Shown here: piece by piece, positions 8,838 to 21,005 of the stretch | Layout of the letters: the number at the start of each line of letters is the position of its first letter | Numbering within the stretch: the first letter of the stretch is position 1 | DNA from: Candidatus Limnocylindrus sp. ZSMar2m-chloro-G89 | GTDB lineage: Bacteria > Chloroflexota > Limnocylindria > Limnocylindrales > Limnocylindraceae | Length of the DNA stretch: 52,017 nt | Reading direction: 5' to 3' | Assembly: GCA_003670475.1 (NCBI GenBank) | Contig: QWRJ01000001.1 | Coordinates: 39,817 to 91,833 of the forward strand | Notes under the pieces: model-generated | What the model was told of the DNA's origin: nothing | What the model saw: the letters and a program-made list of their open reading frames with translations, nothing else | Database searches by the model: none | Made by a program: the position numbers and the translations under genes

Positions 8838-10150
8838 GCCGTGTCGTCCGACGCGTGGCCGGAACGCCGTTAGGTGGCGTGCGCCTCTCGCCGCGACGCG
8901 AGCCGCGCACTACGCTCTCCCCGCAACGTGTGATCGCATCGATTCTTCGGGTGCAACGACCGCCGCTTGACCAGTGGATCCTTCTGCCAGCGCTCTTCCT
9001 TGTTGCGCTCGGGGTCCTGATGGTTCTCTCTGCGTCTGCGCTCAACTCTCTTGCTGCAACTAATGACCCGTATTTTATGGGTTGGAGGCAGGCACTCTTC
9101 GCCGCGTGTGGCCTCGGCTCTATGGCACTCCTCTCACAGTGGGACTATCGCCGCTGGAGGTCGCTCTCCACGCCGCTCCTCTTCGTTGCGCTCGGGCTGC
9201 TCTGCGCAGTGATGGTTTTGCCAACTGAGCAGGGGTTCCGTCGCGCACTCACCGTTGGCCCAATTAGCATTCATGCTGCAGAGGTGGCGAAGCTCGCCCT
9301 CATCCTCTTCCTTGCCGATTTCCTCTCACGACGTGGCCATGCGATGGCTGAGCAGTCAACACTCCTCCCAGCACTTCTGGCGATCGGCCTCTCATTTGGC
9401 TTGGTGCTGATCGAGCCAGATCTTGGCACTGCAACAGTGATCGCTGGCGTTGGATTCGCCGTCTTCTTCAGCGCTGGCGCCCCCCTCCGTTGGGTCTTCG
9501 GCTCAGCGGCACTCGCCGTGGCGGTTGGTGTGATTGGGATCTCACTGCGCGAATACCAGGCGGCGCGGCTCGGCAACTGGATGGACCCATTCTCAGATCC
9601 GATGGGAAGCTCCTATCAGACGCTGCAGGGGCTTATCGCGATCGCCGTTGGCGGTCCGTTGGGAACCGGGATCGGCACCTCACAGCAGCTCGGCGGGGTG
9701 ATCATTCCGTACGCCTGGAACGACTACATCTTTGCCGTTGTTGGGGAGGAGTTCGGAGCACTAGGTACCACCACGGTGATCCTCGCCTTCCTCCTCCTCG
9801 CCGTGCGCGGACTGCGCGTTGCGCGTCGCGCCCCAGACACCTTCGGCGCGCTCTTGGCGACTGGGATCGTTGTCTGGATTTGCGGGCAAGCCTTCATGAA
9901 TATCGGGGTGGTGCTTGCCCTCCTCCCCGTGACCGGTGTGCCGCTCCCACTCCTTTCGCAGGGTGGTTCGTCGCTCTTGGTGCTGATGTCTGCCATTGGG
10001 CTCCTCCTCTCCGTCTCGCGTGAGACGATGGGGAGCAAGGAGATCGGAGGGAACGATGCGCGTAGTGATCGCGGGCGGCGGAACGGGGGGACATCTCTTC
10101 CCGGGATTCGCCGTGGCCCGTACGCTCCGACAGCAACACCCAGACGCTGA
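8834..10150 (+). CDS. ftsW: SEDS-family peptidoglycan glycosyltransferase FtsW
   Basis: Roughly 10 TM segments with FtsW/RodA/SpoVE-type motifs (EFGALG..., LPVTGVPLPLLSQGGSS). ATGA overlap with murD. The C-terminal tail overlaps murG by 95 nt. Confidence 0.9.
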   Translation: MSRVVRRVAGTPLGGVRLSPRREPRTTLSPQRVIASILRVQRPPLDQWILLPALFLVALGVLMVLSASALNSLAATNDPYFMGWRQALFAACGLGSMALLSQWDYRRWRSLSTPLLFVALGLLCAVMVLPTEQGFRRALTVGPISIHAAEVAKLALILFLADFLSRRGHAMAEQSTLLPALLAIGLSFGLVLIEPDLGTATVIAGVGFAVFFSAGAPLRWVFGSAALAVAVGVIGISLREYQAARLGNWMDPFSDPMGSSYQTLQGLIAIAVGGPLGTGIGTSQQLGGVIIPYAWNDYIFAVVGEEFGALGTTTVILAFLLLAVRGLRVARRAPDTFGALLATGIVVWICGQAFMNIGVVLALLPVTGVPLPLLSQGGSSLLVLMSAIGLLLSVSRETMGSKEIGGNDARSDRGRRNGGTSLPGIRRGPYAPTATPRR

Positions 10151-11159
10151 GATCCACTGGCTCGGTGGGCAGCGCGGGATTGAGCGTGAGCTCCTCCCCG
10201 TTGAGGGCTATCCGTTGACGCTCCTCGCCGCGCCGAGCCTGCGCATGAGTGGCGCAGGGTTTGTCGCAACGCTGCGCGACGCGATCGCGCTTGCCGTCTC
10301 CATCCCTCAAGCGGTGCGCTATCTGCTGCGCCTTCGACCAGATGTGCTCTTCTCGACCGGTGGCTACATTGCGATCCCTGCGCTGATCGCTGCCGCGCTG
10401 ACGCGCACCCCAAGCCTCATATGGGAGGGGAATGTGCAGGCGGGGCGCAGTAATCGCCTGATTGCGCCGCTCGCCAGTGCACGCGCAGTGGCGTGGGCGG
10501 CAACTGCGACCAAGGCGCCGTGGAGTGGGCGTGAGACGCTGGTCACAGGGACGCCTGTGCGGAGCTTCGCCGGCCGTGATCGCACCACAGCACGCGCACG
10601 GTTCGGAGTCGCCGAAGGAACTCCGCTCCTCTTAATCTTCGGGGGTTCGCAGCGCGTGGTGCGCTTTGAGCGTGCGCTCTCTGGGATCCTCACGGAACTT
10701 CTTGCCACATGGCAGATCATTCACATCGTTGCGGATGGCCTTGCAGAGGCTGAGTCAACAAAGCGACAGCTCCCTGCCGATCTGCAGTCGCGTTATCTGC
10801 CACAGGCCTTCCTGCACGGCGGAGAGATGGAGGAGGCGCTCGTCGCCGCCGATCTCTTGCTCGGCCGCGCTGGCGCATCGACACTCGCGGAGGCGGCGGC
10901 ACTCGGCCTCGCTTCGATTGCAGTCCCATATCCATATGCTGGTGGCCATCAGCGCGCCAATGCGGAGGCGCTCGCCACAGCTGGTGGCACTATTATTATT
11001 GATGACCCGGACCTGACGCCAGAGCGTCTTCGCCAAGAGCTGAAGGTTCTCGCTGATCCTGCGGCACGTCAACGGATCGGCAGGGCCGCCGCGTCGCTGG
11101 CGCAACCGAACGCCGCGTTGCAGATCGCCGAGGCGCTGCAGCGCCTAGCGGCAAGGTGA
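10056..11159 (+). CDS. murG: undecaprenyldiphospho-muramoylpentapeptide beta-N-acetylglucosaminyltransferase MurG
   Basis: Canonical N-terminus MRVVIAGGGTGGHLFPG, with GGAGGG located 5 nt upstream. The track start at 9996 adds 20 non-homologous residues. Confidence 0.92.
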   Translation: MRVVIAGGGTGGHLFPGFAVARTLRQQHPDAEIHWLGGQRGIERELLPVEGYPLTLLAAPSLRMSGAGFVATLRDAIALAVSIPQAVRYLLRLRPDVLFSTGGYIAIPALIAAALTRTPSLIWEGNVQAGRSNRLIAPLASARAVAWAATATKAPWSGRETLVTGTPVRSFAGRDRTTARARFGVAEGTPLLLIFGGSQRVVRFERALSGILTELLATWQIIHIVADGLAEAESTKRQLPADLQSRYLPQAFLHGGEMEEALVAADLLLGRAGASTLAEAAALGLASIAVPYPYAGGHQRANAEALATAGGTIIIDDPDLTPERLRQELKVLADPAARQRIGRAAASLAQPNAALQIAEALQRLAAR

Positions 11160-11166
11160 GAGCGTA

Positions 11167-12108
11167 ATGCCGGTTTGGAGCGAACGTGATGAGGTGGGGA
11201 GAGAGCTCGAGCGTCGTCTTGGCATTCGTGCCGAACGTGATGCCTCGCTTGCCGGACACACCACGATGCGGGTCGGCGGGCCAGCAGATCTTCTCGCAAC
11301 CATCCGTGATCGCTTCGCCCTCCGTGGCGCTGTTCGCCTTGCGCAGAGCCGTGGCTGGCCGCTGACGATCCTTGGGCGTGGCAGTAATGTCGTGATCAGT
11401 GATACGGGGATTCGCGGGCTCGTCATCCTGAATCGAAGTGCGGGAGCAACTGTTGATGCTGCGACAAGAGTGATCAGCGCCGACTCCGGCCTCTCAATGG
11501 CGAAGCTCTCCACGCTTGCCGCTGAGGCTGGGCTCACCGGCGCAGAGTTCACCTTGGCGATCCCTGGCAATGTTGGTGGCGCAGTCTGGGCGAGTGCTGG
11601 CGCACATGGCGGTGAGATCGCGCAGATCATTCAGGGCGCCACGATCTTGCACGCCGATGGGAGTGAAGAGGAGTTGCCACGTGAAGCGCTGGAGCTTTCG
11701 TACCGAAGCTCGCGATTCAAGGGCGAGGCTGGTCGCGGCGATGTGGTTCTGGGTGCAACGTTCCAACTGCAGCGTGGCGATCCTGAACTCATTCGCGGCC
11801 AGCTCGAGGAGATTCGACGCTGGCGGCGAGAACACCAACCACTCGGCATTCCGAGCGCGGGGAGCGTCTTCCGCAACCCGCCGGGCGATCAGAGCGCGGG
11901 CGCACTGATTGAGGCGGCGGGGCTGAAGGGGCGCCGGATCGGCGGCGCCGAGATCTCTACGATGCACGCCAACTGGATCCTGAATCGTGGGGGTGCGACC
12001 GCCGCAGAGATTCGTGAGCTGCACGAACTCTGCGTTGCTGAGGTGCAGCGCACGGCGGGGGTCACGCTGGAGTCAGAGATCGTCTTCCTCGGTGAGGGGG
12101 CGCAGTGA
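11167..12108 (+). CDS. murB: UDP-N-acetylenolpyruvoylglucosamine reductase MurB
   Basis: FAD-binding region HTTMRVGGPADLL..ILGRGSNVVISD and C-terminal GSVFRNP..AGALIE. Confidence 0.92.
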   Translation: MPVWSERDEVGRELERRLGIRAERDASLAGHTTMRVGGPADLLATIRDRFALRGAVRLAQSRGWPLTILGRGSNVVISDTGIRGLVILNRSAGATVDAATRVISADSGLSMAKLSTLAAEAGLTGAEFTLAIPGNVGGAVWASAGAHGGEIAQIIQGATILHADGSEEELPREALELSYRSSRFKGEAGRGDVVLGATFQLQRGDPELIRGQLEEIRRWRREHQPLGIPSAGSVFRNPPGDQSAGALIEAAGLKGRRIGGAEISTMHANWILNRGGATAAEIRELHELCVAEVQRTAGVTLESEIVFLGEGAQ

Positions 12109-13250
12109 GCGACACGAACACGGGCGGTTTGAACGGTGCGCTGTCGCTTCCGCATGTGGTTGTTCTTTACGGCGGCCGCAGCGCTGAGGCGGAGATCTCC
12201 GTTGTCTCTGGAAGCGCCATCTCTGCCGCCCTCATGGGGCGCGGCCTCGCTGTCTCGCAACTGCTCATCCTGCGCAGTGGTCTCGCCGCGCTCCTCCCAG
12301 ACGGCCACCTTCGTGGCGATCGTGCAGCAACCGAGTACACCAGCGAGGAGCGCGCCGCAGCGTTAGTCAGCGCACCGTTCCGCCCCCTGAGCGAGCTGCT
12401 CAACGAGCTGACCGCGCGCCACCCAGGAGCCGTGTTCATCCCCGCACTTCATGGACCGGGCGATGAGGATGGTGAGGTGCAGCAGGCCCTTGATGCGAAG
12501 GGGGTCGCCTTTGTAGGGGCACGCCCTGCCGCTGCGGCACTCGGCATGGACAAGGGGCGCTTCAAGGATCTCGCCGCCTCACTCGGTGTCCCAGTGTTGC
12601 CGCACATGCTGATCAGCGCAGCGCGCTGGAAGACGGCGCGCGCAGCGGTTCTTACAGAGATTGCAGCGTTCGCCACTGAGCAGAGCGGAGCGGGTGCACT
12701 GATCGGGAAGCCTGTCGCACACGGTTCTTCCATTGGGATGCGCATTGCGCGATCTCCGGAGGAGTGGCCACTCGCCGTTGACCTTGCGCTTGAGTACGGC
12801 GACGTCGCGCTCCTTGAGCCGTACCTCACCAGACCGCGTGAGCTAGAGATCGCACTTCTTGAGCGCGCTGATGGCAGCGTCATTGCGTACGGTCCGGGTG
12901 AGGTGTTCCCTGGACGTGAGTTTTACGACTACGACGCGAAGTACGCGGATGGCGTCTCGCGCACCACCACCGCGCCGGATCTCTCAGATGCGGTGAGCGA
13001 ACCGCTTCGCGCCGCGGCACTGCAGCTCTTCGGCGCGTTCGGCGGGCGTGGCCTTGCACGAATGGACTTCTTGATGCGCTCCAGTGGCCCAGAGGCGGGG
13101 CGCTGGTACATCTCTGAGGTCAATACCTTCCCGGGCTTTACGCCAATCTCACTCTTCCCCGCGCTCGTCACCGCTGCGGGCGGCAGCTTCGCCGATCTCT
13201 GCGTGGACCTTGTGGTGACAGCGCAGGCGCAGGCGCAACGCGCTTCATGA
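12105..13250 (+). CDS. ddl: D-alanine--D-alanine ligase
   Basis: GTGA overlap with murB. VVVLYGGRSAEAEISVVSG N-terminus, ATP-grasp body and C-terminal ARMDFL....YISEVNTFPGFT. Confidence 0.9.
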   Translation: MSDTNTGGLNGALSLPHVVVLYGGRSAEAEISVVSGSAISAALMGRGLAVSQLLILRSGLAALLPDGHLRGDRAATEYTSEERAAALVSAPFRPLSELLNELTARHPGAVFIPALHGPGDEDGEVQQALDAKGVAFVGARPAAAALGMDKGRFKDLAASLGVPVLPHMLISAARWKTARAAVLTEIAAFATEQSGAGALIGKPVAHGSSIGMRIARSPEEWPLAVDLALEYGDVALLEPYLTRPRELEIALLERADGSVIAYGPGEVFPGREFYDYDAKYADGVSRTTTAPDLSDAVSEPLRAAALQLFGAFGGRGLARMDFLMRSSGPEAGRWYISEVNTFPGFTPISLFPALVTAAGGSFADLCVDLVVTAQAQAQRAS

Positions 13251-14311
13251 ACGAACGCGACCGTCGCGCGCGAAACGAACCTGCTCGCCGCAGTGGCGGT
13301 GCGCGTCCGTTCGGACCAGGTGAGGCGCCACTCGGTGTGCGCCCCGGCCTCGCAGGTCAACGTCGCCGTGCTGGTGTTGAGACGGCACCGCGCCCTGTAG
13401 AGCGCGAAGCGGGACCTGCTGGGCGACGCAGTGGGGGAAGGCGACTCCGCCCAGAGACAGTGCGTGCGCTACGGCGCCTCGCCGTTCTCGTGCTGATGAT
13501 CGGCGTCACCCTTGCTCCACCCGCACTCGCCTCGAGCGGCACCTTCAAGATCACCTCACTTCGTCTCGTCGGCTTGCAGCTCCTCGACGAGGGTGCGGTG
13601 AGTGCAGCGAGCGGCGTCGTGCTCGGTGACGGGCTCTTGACGAGCGATCCACGCGGCATCGAGCAGGTGCTCAACGAGATCCCCTTCATTAGTTCGGCGC
13701 GCGTGAGGATCGGACTCCCTGGAGAGATTCGCGCAGAGATTCGCGAAGAGGTCCCGCTCTTGCGTTGGAGTAGCGGCGGTGTCACCTACCTGATGAGCGG
13801 GAGCGGCGAGCTGCTCGGGTCCACAACGTCACCACTCCTTAGTAGTGCTGGGCGCGCAGCGGTTGAACAGCTCCCGCTGATGCAAGACCTCCGTAGCGGC
13901 CCCCCGCTTCTCCCTGGCGATGTGATCACCCCACTTGACCTTGACATCGCAACACGGCTCGCCAGCCTGACGCTCGCCGATCTCGGCAGCACGGCGACGC
14001 GACTCACCCTTGTTGCTGATCCGCAGTATGGATTCGTCCTACAGGGTGAGGGGGAGGGGATCGCCTGGAACGCTGTCTTCGGTATTTACTCTGCAACGAT
14101 TCGCCCGCCAGAGATGTTGCCAGGTCAGGTGCGCCTCCTGCGCAGCCTCCTCGCCGGCCGCGAGCGCAGGATCGGCTGGGTGATCCTCGCCGACGGCCAG
14201 GCTGGAACGTTCACGGAGCCAGGAGTGCGACCGCCCACGCCGCCAGGTGCGAGCCCAGAGCCGAGCGCCACACCAAGCGCCACACCAAGCGGAAGCTCGG
14301 TTGCCCCGTGA
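13247..14311 (+). CDS. ftsQ: cell-division protein FtsQ/DivIB
   Basis: ATGA overlap with ddl. Arg-rich cytoplasmic tail, one TM helix (LAVLVLMIGVTLAPPAL), a POTRA-like FKITSLRLVGLQLL segment and a Pro/Ser/Thr-rich C-terminal tail. dcw position before ftsA. Confidence 0.75.
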   Translation: MNERDRRARNEPARRSGGARPFGPGEAPLGVRPGLAGQRRRAGVETAPRPVEREAGPAGRRSGGRRLRPETVRALRRLAVLVLMIGVTLAPPALASSGTFKITSLRLVGLQLLDEGAVSAASGVVLGDGLLTSDPRGIEQVLNEIPFISSARVRIGLPGEIRAEIREEVPLLRWSSGGVTYLMSGSGELLGSTTSPLLSSAGRAAVEQLPLMQDLRSGPPLLPGDVITPLDLDIATRLASLTLADLGSTATRLTLVADPQYGFVLQGEGEGIAWNAVFGIYSATIRPPEMLPGQVRLLRSLLAGRERRIGWVILADGQAGTFTEPGVRPPTPPGASPEPSATPSATPSGSSVAP

Positions 14312-14431
14312 TCGCCGGTGGCTGGGTTGAAGGTGTTGGAATGGACGCCCGCGCCGCGCAGGTCCCACGAAGCGCTCCTGCCGCTATGATCGGTGGACGA
14401 GAGCAGGGGTCAAGGAAGGGAGGGCGTAACG

Positions 14432-15670
14432 ATGGATGAGCGATTCACGACGATTGCCGCGATCGATATCGGCACCTCCAAGGTGAGCTGTGCCATTGCC
14501 CACATCGGCGGCGACGGTGGCTCGATCTCCGTCATTGGGAAAGGTACCTCCGCAAACACTGGAATGCGGAAGGGGGTCGTCACTGATATTGAGAAGACGG
14601 GTGCTGCGATTAAGGCGGCGGTTGACGCCGCTGAACGACTCTCCGGCTATCGCATTGAGCATGCCGCAATCACTGTATCCGGGAGCCATGTTGAAGGACA
14701 AAACTCGAGCGGCCAGGTTGCGGTAGCAAACCCTGACCGTGAGATCCGTGACGACGATGTTGATCGCGTCCTTGAGGTCTGCCGCGCCATCCAGGTCCCT
14801 GGCTCCCGCATGTTGCTCCACGTTCTCCCTTCTTCCTACATCGTTGATGGCCAGGAGGGGATCCAGCAGCCGCGCGGTATGGTCGCCTATCGTCTTGAGG
14901 CGCGTGCCCATCTGATTACTGCGGGAGCCACCGCGATCCAGAACCTTGAGAAGTGCGTGCAGACTGCGGGAATCGCCGTGGATGATTACGTTCCATCCTC
15001 GCTGGCTGCGGCTGAGCTAACGCTCACCGACACCGAGCGAGAGCTCGGCACGGTGCTCGTAGATATCGGTGCTGAGACTTGCGACATCGCCATCTTCCAC
15101 AACAACGCCGTGGTCCACACCGCCGTCCTGCCGATCGGTGCCGCCTTCATCACGCGAGACGTTGCGATCGGCTTGAAGGCGAGCCTCGCCGCAGCCGAAG
15201 AGCTGAAGGTGAACTACGGGACCTGCGATCTACGCACCGTGAGCGTGAGCGAGCAGTACACCGTGCCAGATGAGCCGGGCGGCCGCCGCATTGAGCGCAT
15301 CGAACTTGCCAGGATTATTGAGTCACGGATGAGCGAGATGTTTGAACTGATTGCTGGCGTGATCGCCGTGGCCGGCCCAGAGGCGACGAGCGCTGGGGTG
15401 GTACTGACAGGTGGAGGCGCGCAGCTCGACGGGATCACCGCCCTCGCCCGAGACATCCTGAAGGCACCAGTCCGCGTCGCCGCCCCAGAGGGGCCGCTCC
15501 TCGGCATCCTGGACGACTTTCATGGACCGTCGAATGCCGCGATCCTCGGCCTCTTCTCCTGGGTTGCCCGTAGCCTTGACGAGGCGGGGATCGCCGAAGA
15601 GCCCCAGGCGGGCATTCTCGGTCGGGCTGGCGCCGCACTGAAGGGCCTCTTCTCCCGCGTTCGCGGCTAA
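14432..15670 (+). CDS. ftsA: cell-division protein FtsA
   Basis: Actin-fold phosphate-1 motif AAIDIGTSKV, VLVDIGAETCD and VLTGGGAQL. The start is moved to ATG 14432, preceded by GGAAGGGAGGG. Confidence 0.92.
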   Translation: MDERFTTIAAIDIGTSKVSCAIAHIGGDGGSISVIGKGTSANTGMRKGVVTDIEKTGAAIKAAVDAAERLSGYRIEHAAITVSGSHVEGQNSSGQVAVANPDREIRDDDVDRVLEVCRAIQVPGSRMLLHVLPSSYIVDGQEGIQQPRGMVAYRLEARAHLITAGATAIQNLEKCVQTAGIAVDDYVPSSLAAAELTLTDTERELGTVLVDIGAETCDIAIFHNNAVVHTAVLPIGAAFITRDVAIGLKASLAAAEELKVNYGTCDLRTVSVSEQYTVPDEPGGRRIERIELARIIESRMSEMFELIAGVIAVAGPEATSAGVVLTGGGAQLDGITALARDILKAPVRVAAPEGPLLGILDDFHGPSNAAILGLFSWVARSLDEAGIAEEPQAGILGRAGAALKGLFSRVRG

Positions 15671-15705
15671 CTCCGCGTCCTTCTGACCTCAGGTGAAGTT
15701 CACTC

Positions 15706-15734
15706 TTCAACGCATCCCGCTGCGCTGCTACAAT
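15706..15734 (+). promoter_or_regulatory. candidate ftsZ-proximal promoter (extended -10)
   Basis: TTCAAC (15706-15711), a 17-nt spacer, then TGcTACAAT (15726-15734), in the 155-nt ftsA-ftsZ spacer about 90 nt upstream of the ftsZ ATG. Confidence 0.45.
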
Positions 15735-15825
15735 CCCACGAACCGACGGGAGGGCGGTCTGCACACTGTGGGGGAGACCTCACGTGCGGGTCGACGTTCG
15801 GTAGAAAAGCGGAGGGGAGAGGCCG

Positions 15826-17064
15826 ATGGCTTCGCAGTCTGAGAACTTTGCGCTAATCCGCGTAGTTGGAGTTGGCGGTGCCGGCTCCAACGCTGTGAAT
15901 CGCATGATCCGAGCTGAGCTTCTCGGCGTTGAGTTCATCGCGGTGAACACCGACGCTCAAGCGCTCGTGAAATCCCACGCCCCCACCCGCATCCGCATTG
16001 GTGATGCGATCTCCCGCGGCCTCGGCGCTGGCGGCGACTCTGTCGTTGGCGAGCGTGCCGCTCAAGAAGATCTCGAGAATCTTCGCACCGCACTTGATGG
16101 ATCAGACCTTGTCTTCGTCACCGCCGGCATGGGAGGCGGCACCGGCTCTGGCGCCGCGCCCGTGGTGGCGAAGGTGGCAAAGGACCTTGGTGCGCTAACG
16201 ATCGGCATCATCACAAAGCCGTTTGAGTTTGAAGGGAAGCGCCGTGCCGCCGTGGCGAACGCCGCCGCGGAGGAGCTGCGCAAGTACGTTGACACCATGA
16301 TCGTTATTCCAAACGAGAGACTCCTCAACGTCGTAAGCCGTCAGACCTCAATGGAGGATTCGTTCCGCATCGCGGATGATGTGCTTCGACAGGCGGTACA
16401 GGGCGTCAGTGATGTCATCACCGTTCCTGGAATCATCAACCTTGACTTCGCCGATGTGCGCAGCATCATGAAAGATGCAGGGTCTGCGTTGATGGGGATC
16501 GGCCGCGCCAGCGGCGAGAGCCGCGCCCGCGCCGCAGCGGAGCTTGCGATTGCATCACCACTCCTCGAGTTAGACATTCAAGGTGCAACCGGCGTGCTGG
16601 TGAATGTTGCCGCATCATCCACCGTGACCCTGCATGAGGTGAACGAGGCGATCAACCACATCACCGAACGCGCTGATCCAGAGGCGAACATCATCTTCGG
16701 CACCTCGCTCGATGAGACGCTCGCCGATGAGGTTCAGATCACGGTCATCGCCACCGGCTTTGCTGGAAACGCACGAAGCCAGACGGCGAGTGCCGCAAGC
16801 TTCCGCACCGAATTCCCGTTCGGCCGTGATGACGGGAGCGTGAACTGGAGCGCATCGGCACCAAGTGCTGGCAGCTCAGCGACCCCTGCAACGCCATACG
16901 CAGCACCTGCCCAGGTAGCGCCCGCACCATCCTGGACGCCGAGCACACACCCAGCCGTCTCACAGGAGCCGACTGCAGCGCATCTGGAAGGTGAGGGGAT
17001 TAGCCCGGCCCCAGTCGCCGGTGACGAGCTGGAGATCCCCGCCTTCCTTCGCCGCCGCTCCTAA
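15826..17064 (+). CDS. ftsZ: cell-division GTPase FtsZ
   Basis: [20 protein letters not shown], tubulin signature [11 protein letters not shown] and C-terminal peptide [22 protein letters not shown] is upstream. Confidence 0.97.
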   Translation: MASQSENFALIRVVGVGGAGSNAVNRMIRAELLGVEFIAVNTDAQALVKSHAPTRIRIGDAISRGLGAGGDSVVGERAAQEDLENLRTALDGSDLVFVTAGMGGGTGSGAAPVVAKVAKDLGALTIGIITKPFEFEGKRRAAVANAAAEELRKYVDTMIVIPNERLLNVVSRQTSMEDSFRIADDVLRQAVQGVSDVITVPGIINLDFADVRSIMKDAGSALMGIGRASGESRARAAAELAIASPLLELDIQGATGVLVNVAASSTVTLHEVNEAINHITERADPEANIIFGTSLDETLADEVQITVIATGFAGNARSQTASAASFRTEFPFGRDDGSVNWSASAPSAGSSATPATPYAAPAQVAPAPSWTPSTHPAVSQEPTAAHLEGEGISPAPVAGDELEIPAFLRRRS

Positions 17065-17072
17065 TCCCGTAG

Positions 17073-17792
17073 ATGTCACAGCTTGCTGAACAGTTAGCGT
17101 CGCTCCACGCCCGCGTTCGCGCCGCCGAACAGCGCGCCAGCCGCCCAGCGGGAAGTGTTGAACTGCTCGCCGTCACCAAGGGTGTCTCCGCCGAGCGTAT
17201 CGCCGAGGCGATCGATGCTGGGCAGCGTGCCTTCGGCGAGAATCGCGTCCAAGAGTTGGAGGAGAAGCGCGCGGCAGTTGCCCAACAGCGCCCCGGCGTT
17301 CAGGTGCGCTGGGATCTGATTGGTCCACTGCAGAGTAATAAGGTGCGTCGAGCCCTCGCCGCCGCCGATCGCATCAGCTCGGTTGATCGCGTAGAACTCC
17401 TTGTGCGCATTGCGGAGCTTGGCGGAGCAGACGCTGTTCCGCGCCAGGTGCTCCTCCAGGTCAACATTGATGAAGATCCGGCTAAGTCAGGCTTCACTCC
17501 AGACGCGCTCCGGGCAGCTCTGCCAGAGATCGCCGCCGCCCTCAGTGGGGCGTCGCTGACCATTGAGGGGCTGCTCACCGTTGGACGCCTCACGAGCGAC
17601 TCCGCCGAGGCACAGAGCACCTTCTCCTCCTTCATCGCTTTCTCACACAGCCTTCGCGCGGCGGCCTCGGCTCAGGGGCTTCAGATCGGGCCGCTTATCT
17701 CCGCGGGGATGAGTGGCGACTTTGAACTCGCAATCGAGGAGGGGGCGACGCAGGTGCGTCTCGGCAGCGCGCTCTTCGGGGCGCGCGGGTAG
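17073..17792 (+). CDS. yggS: PLP-binding protein YggS/YlmE family
   Basis: LLAVTKG (PLP lysine), FGENRVQE and WDLIGPLQSNK. Conserved location downstream of ftsZ. Confidence 0.88.
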   Translation: MSQLAEQLASLHARVRAAEQRASRPAGSVELLAVTKGVSAERIAEAIDAGQRAFGENRVQELEEKRAAVAQQRPGVQVRWDLIGPLQSNKVRRALAAADRISSVDRVELLVRIAELGGADAVPRQVLLQVNIDEDPAKSGFTPDALRAALPEIAAALSGASLTIEGLLTVGRLTSDSAEAQSTFSSFIAFSHSLRAAASAQGLQIGPLISAGMSGDFELAIEEGATQVRLGSALFGARG

Positions 17793-17802
17793 GCTTTCGC
17801 AG

Positions 17803-18045
17803 ATGGATATTGGCTCAGCCGCAGATCTCGTACTTGAGACGCTCTGGTTCCTTGTCCTTGGGCGCGTCCTGATCTCGTGGGTTGACCCAGCGGGGAGTGG
17901 TCGTGTCGCGCGGCTCCTGATTGAGTTGAGTGAGCCGATCCTCGGGCCAGTACGTCGGGTCCTCCCCACGACAGGTGGACTTGACTGGTCGCCGCTGCTC
18001 GTGATGATCTTGCTGCAGTTCTTGCGTGGACTTATCCCAGGCTGA
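17803..18045 (+). CDS. yggT: YggT/YlmG family small membrane protein
   Basis: An 80-aa protein with two hydrophobic segments, ISWV...EPILGPVRRVLP and DWSPLLVMILLQ motifs. The start is moved to ATG 17803; the track start at 17713 lies inside yggS. Confidence 0.8.
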   Translation: MDIGSAADLVLETLWFLVLGRVLISWVDPAGSGRVARLLIELSEPILGPVRRVLPTTGGLDWSPLLVMILLQFLRGLIPG

Positions 18046-18066
18046 CGAGTTGTAAGACGAGTCGTC

Positions 18067-18072
18067 TAGAAT
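18067..18072 (+). promoter_or_regulatory. -10-like box TAGAAT upstream of tRNA-Val
   Basis: TAGAAT lies 9 nt before the mature tRNA 5' end. Only a weak -35 (CTGACG, 19-nt spacer). Confidence 0.35.
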
Positions 18073-18081
18073 CCGCTCCTC

Positions 18082-18158
<77 letters not shown>

Positions 18159-18165
18159 TGCGCGA

Positions 18166-20847
<2,682 letters not shown>

Positions 20848-21005
20848 CGCACCCTCCTTGCCGGCTGTCGCTCCACGTGCGGGGGAGCCTCACGTTGTAG
20901 CGTAGCGCGCTCATCCTCTCAGCGCCCTCGCGCTAGCGGGTCTACCATCTTCCTAATGAGAGGTGCCGACGGGCGCCTGACACGTAGGCGATGTGAGGAG
21001 CATGT

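Noticed and set aside
14265-14288. Tandem 12-nt repeat GCGCCACACCAA x2
   Set aside because: It lies in frame within the ftsQ 3' end and simply encodes the SATP-SATP low-complexity tail. There are only two copies and no regulatory context.
18055-18067. AGACGA-g-TCGTCT palindrome between yggT and tRNA-Val, considered as a terminator
   Set aside because: The 6-bp arms with a 1-nt centre cannot form a stable hairpin, and the sequence overlaps the putative tRNA-Val -10 region. It is probably incidental.
20848-21005. Possible glycine riboswitch upstream of the NUDIX-gcvT-gcvH operon
   Set aside because: I looked for the conserved glycine-aptamer elements (GGAGAG..., CACCGAAGGGGCAA-like, CTCAGGCAAAAGGAC-like) on the plus strand and found none. 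The region has only weak partial inverted repeats.
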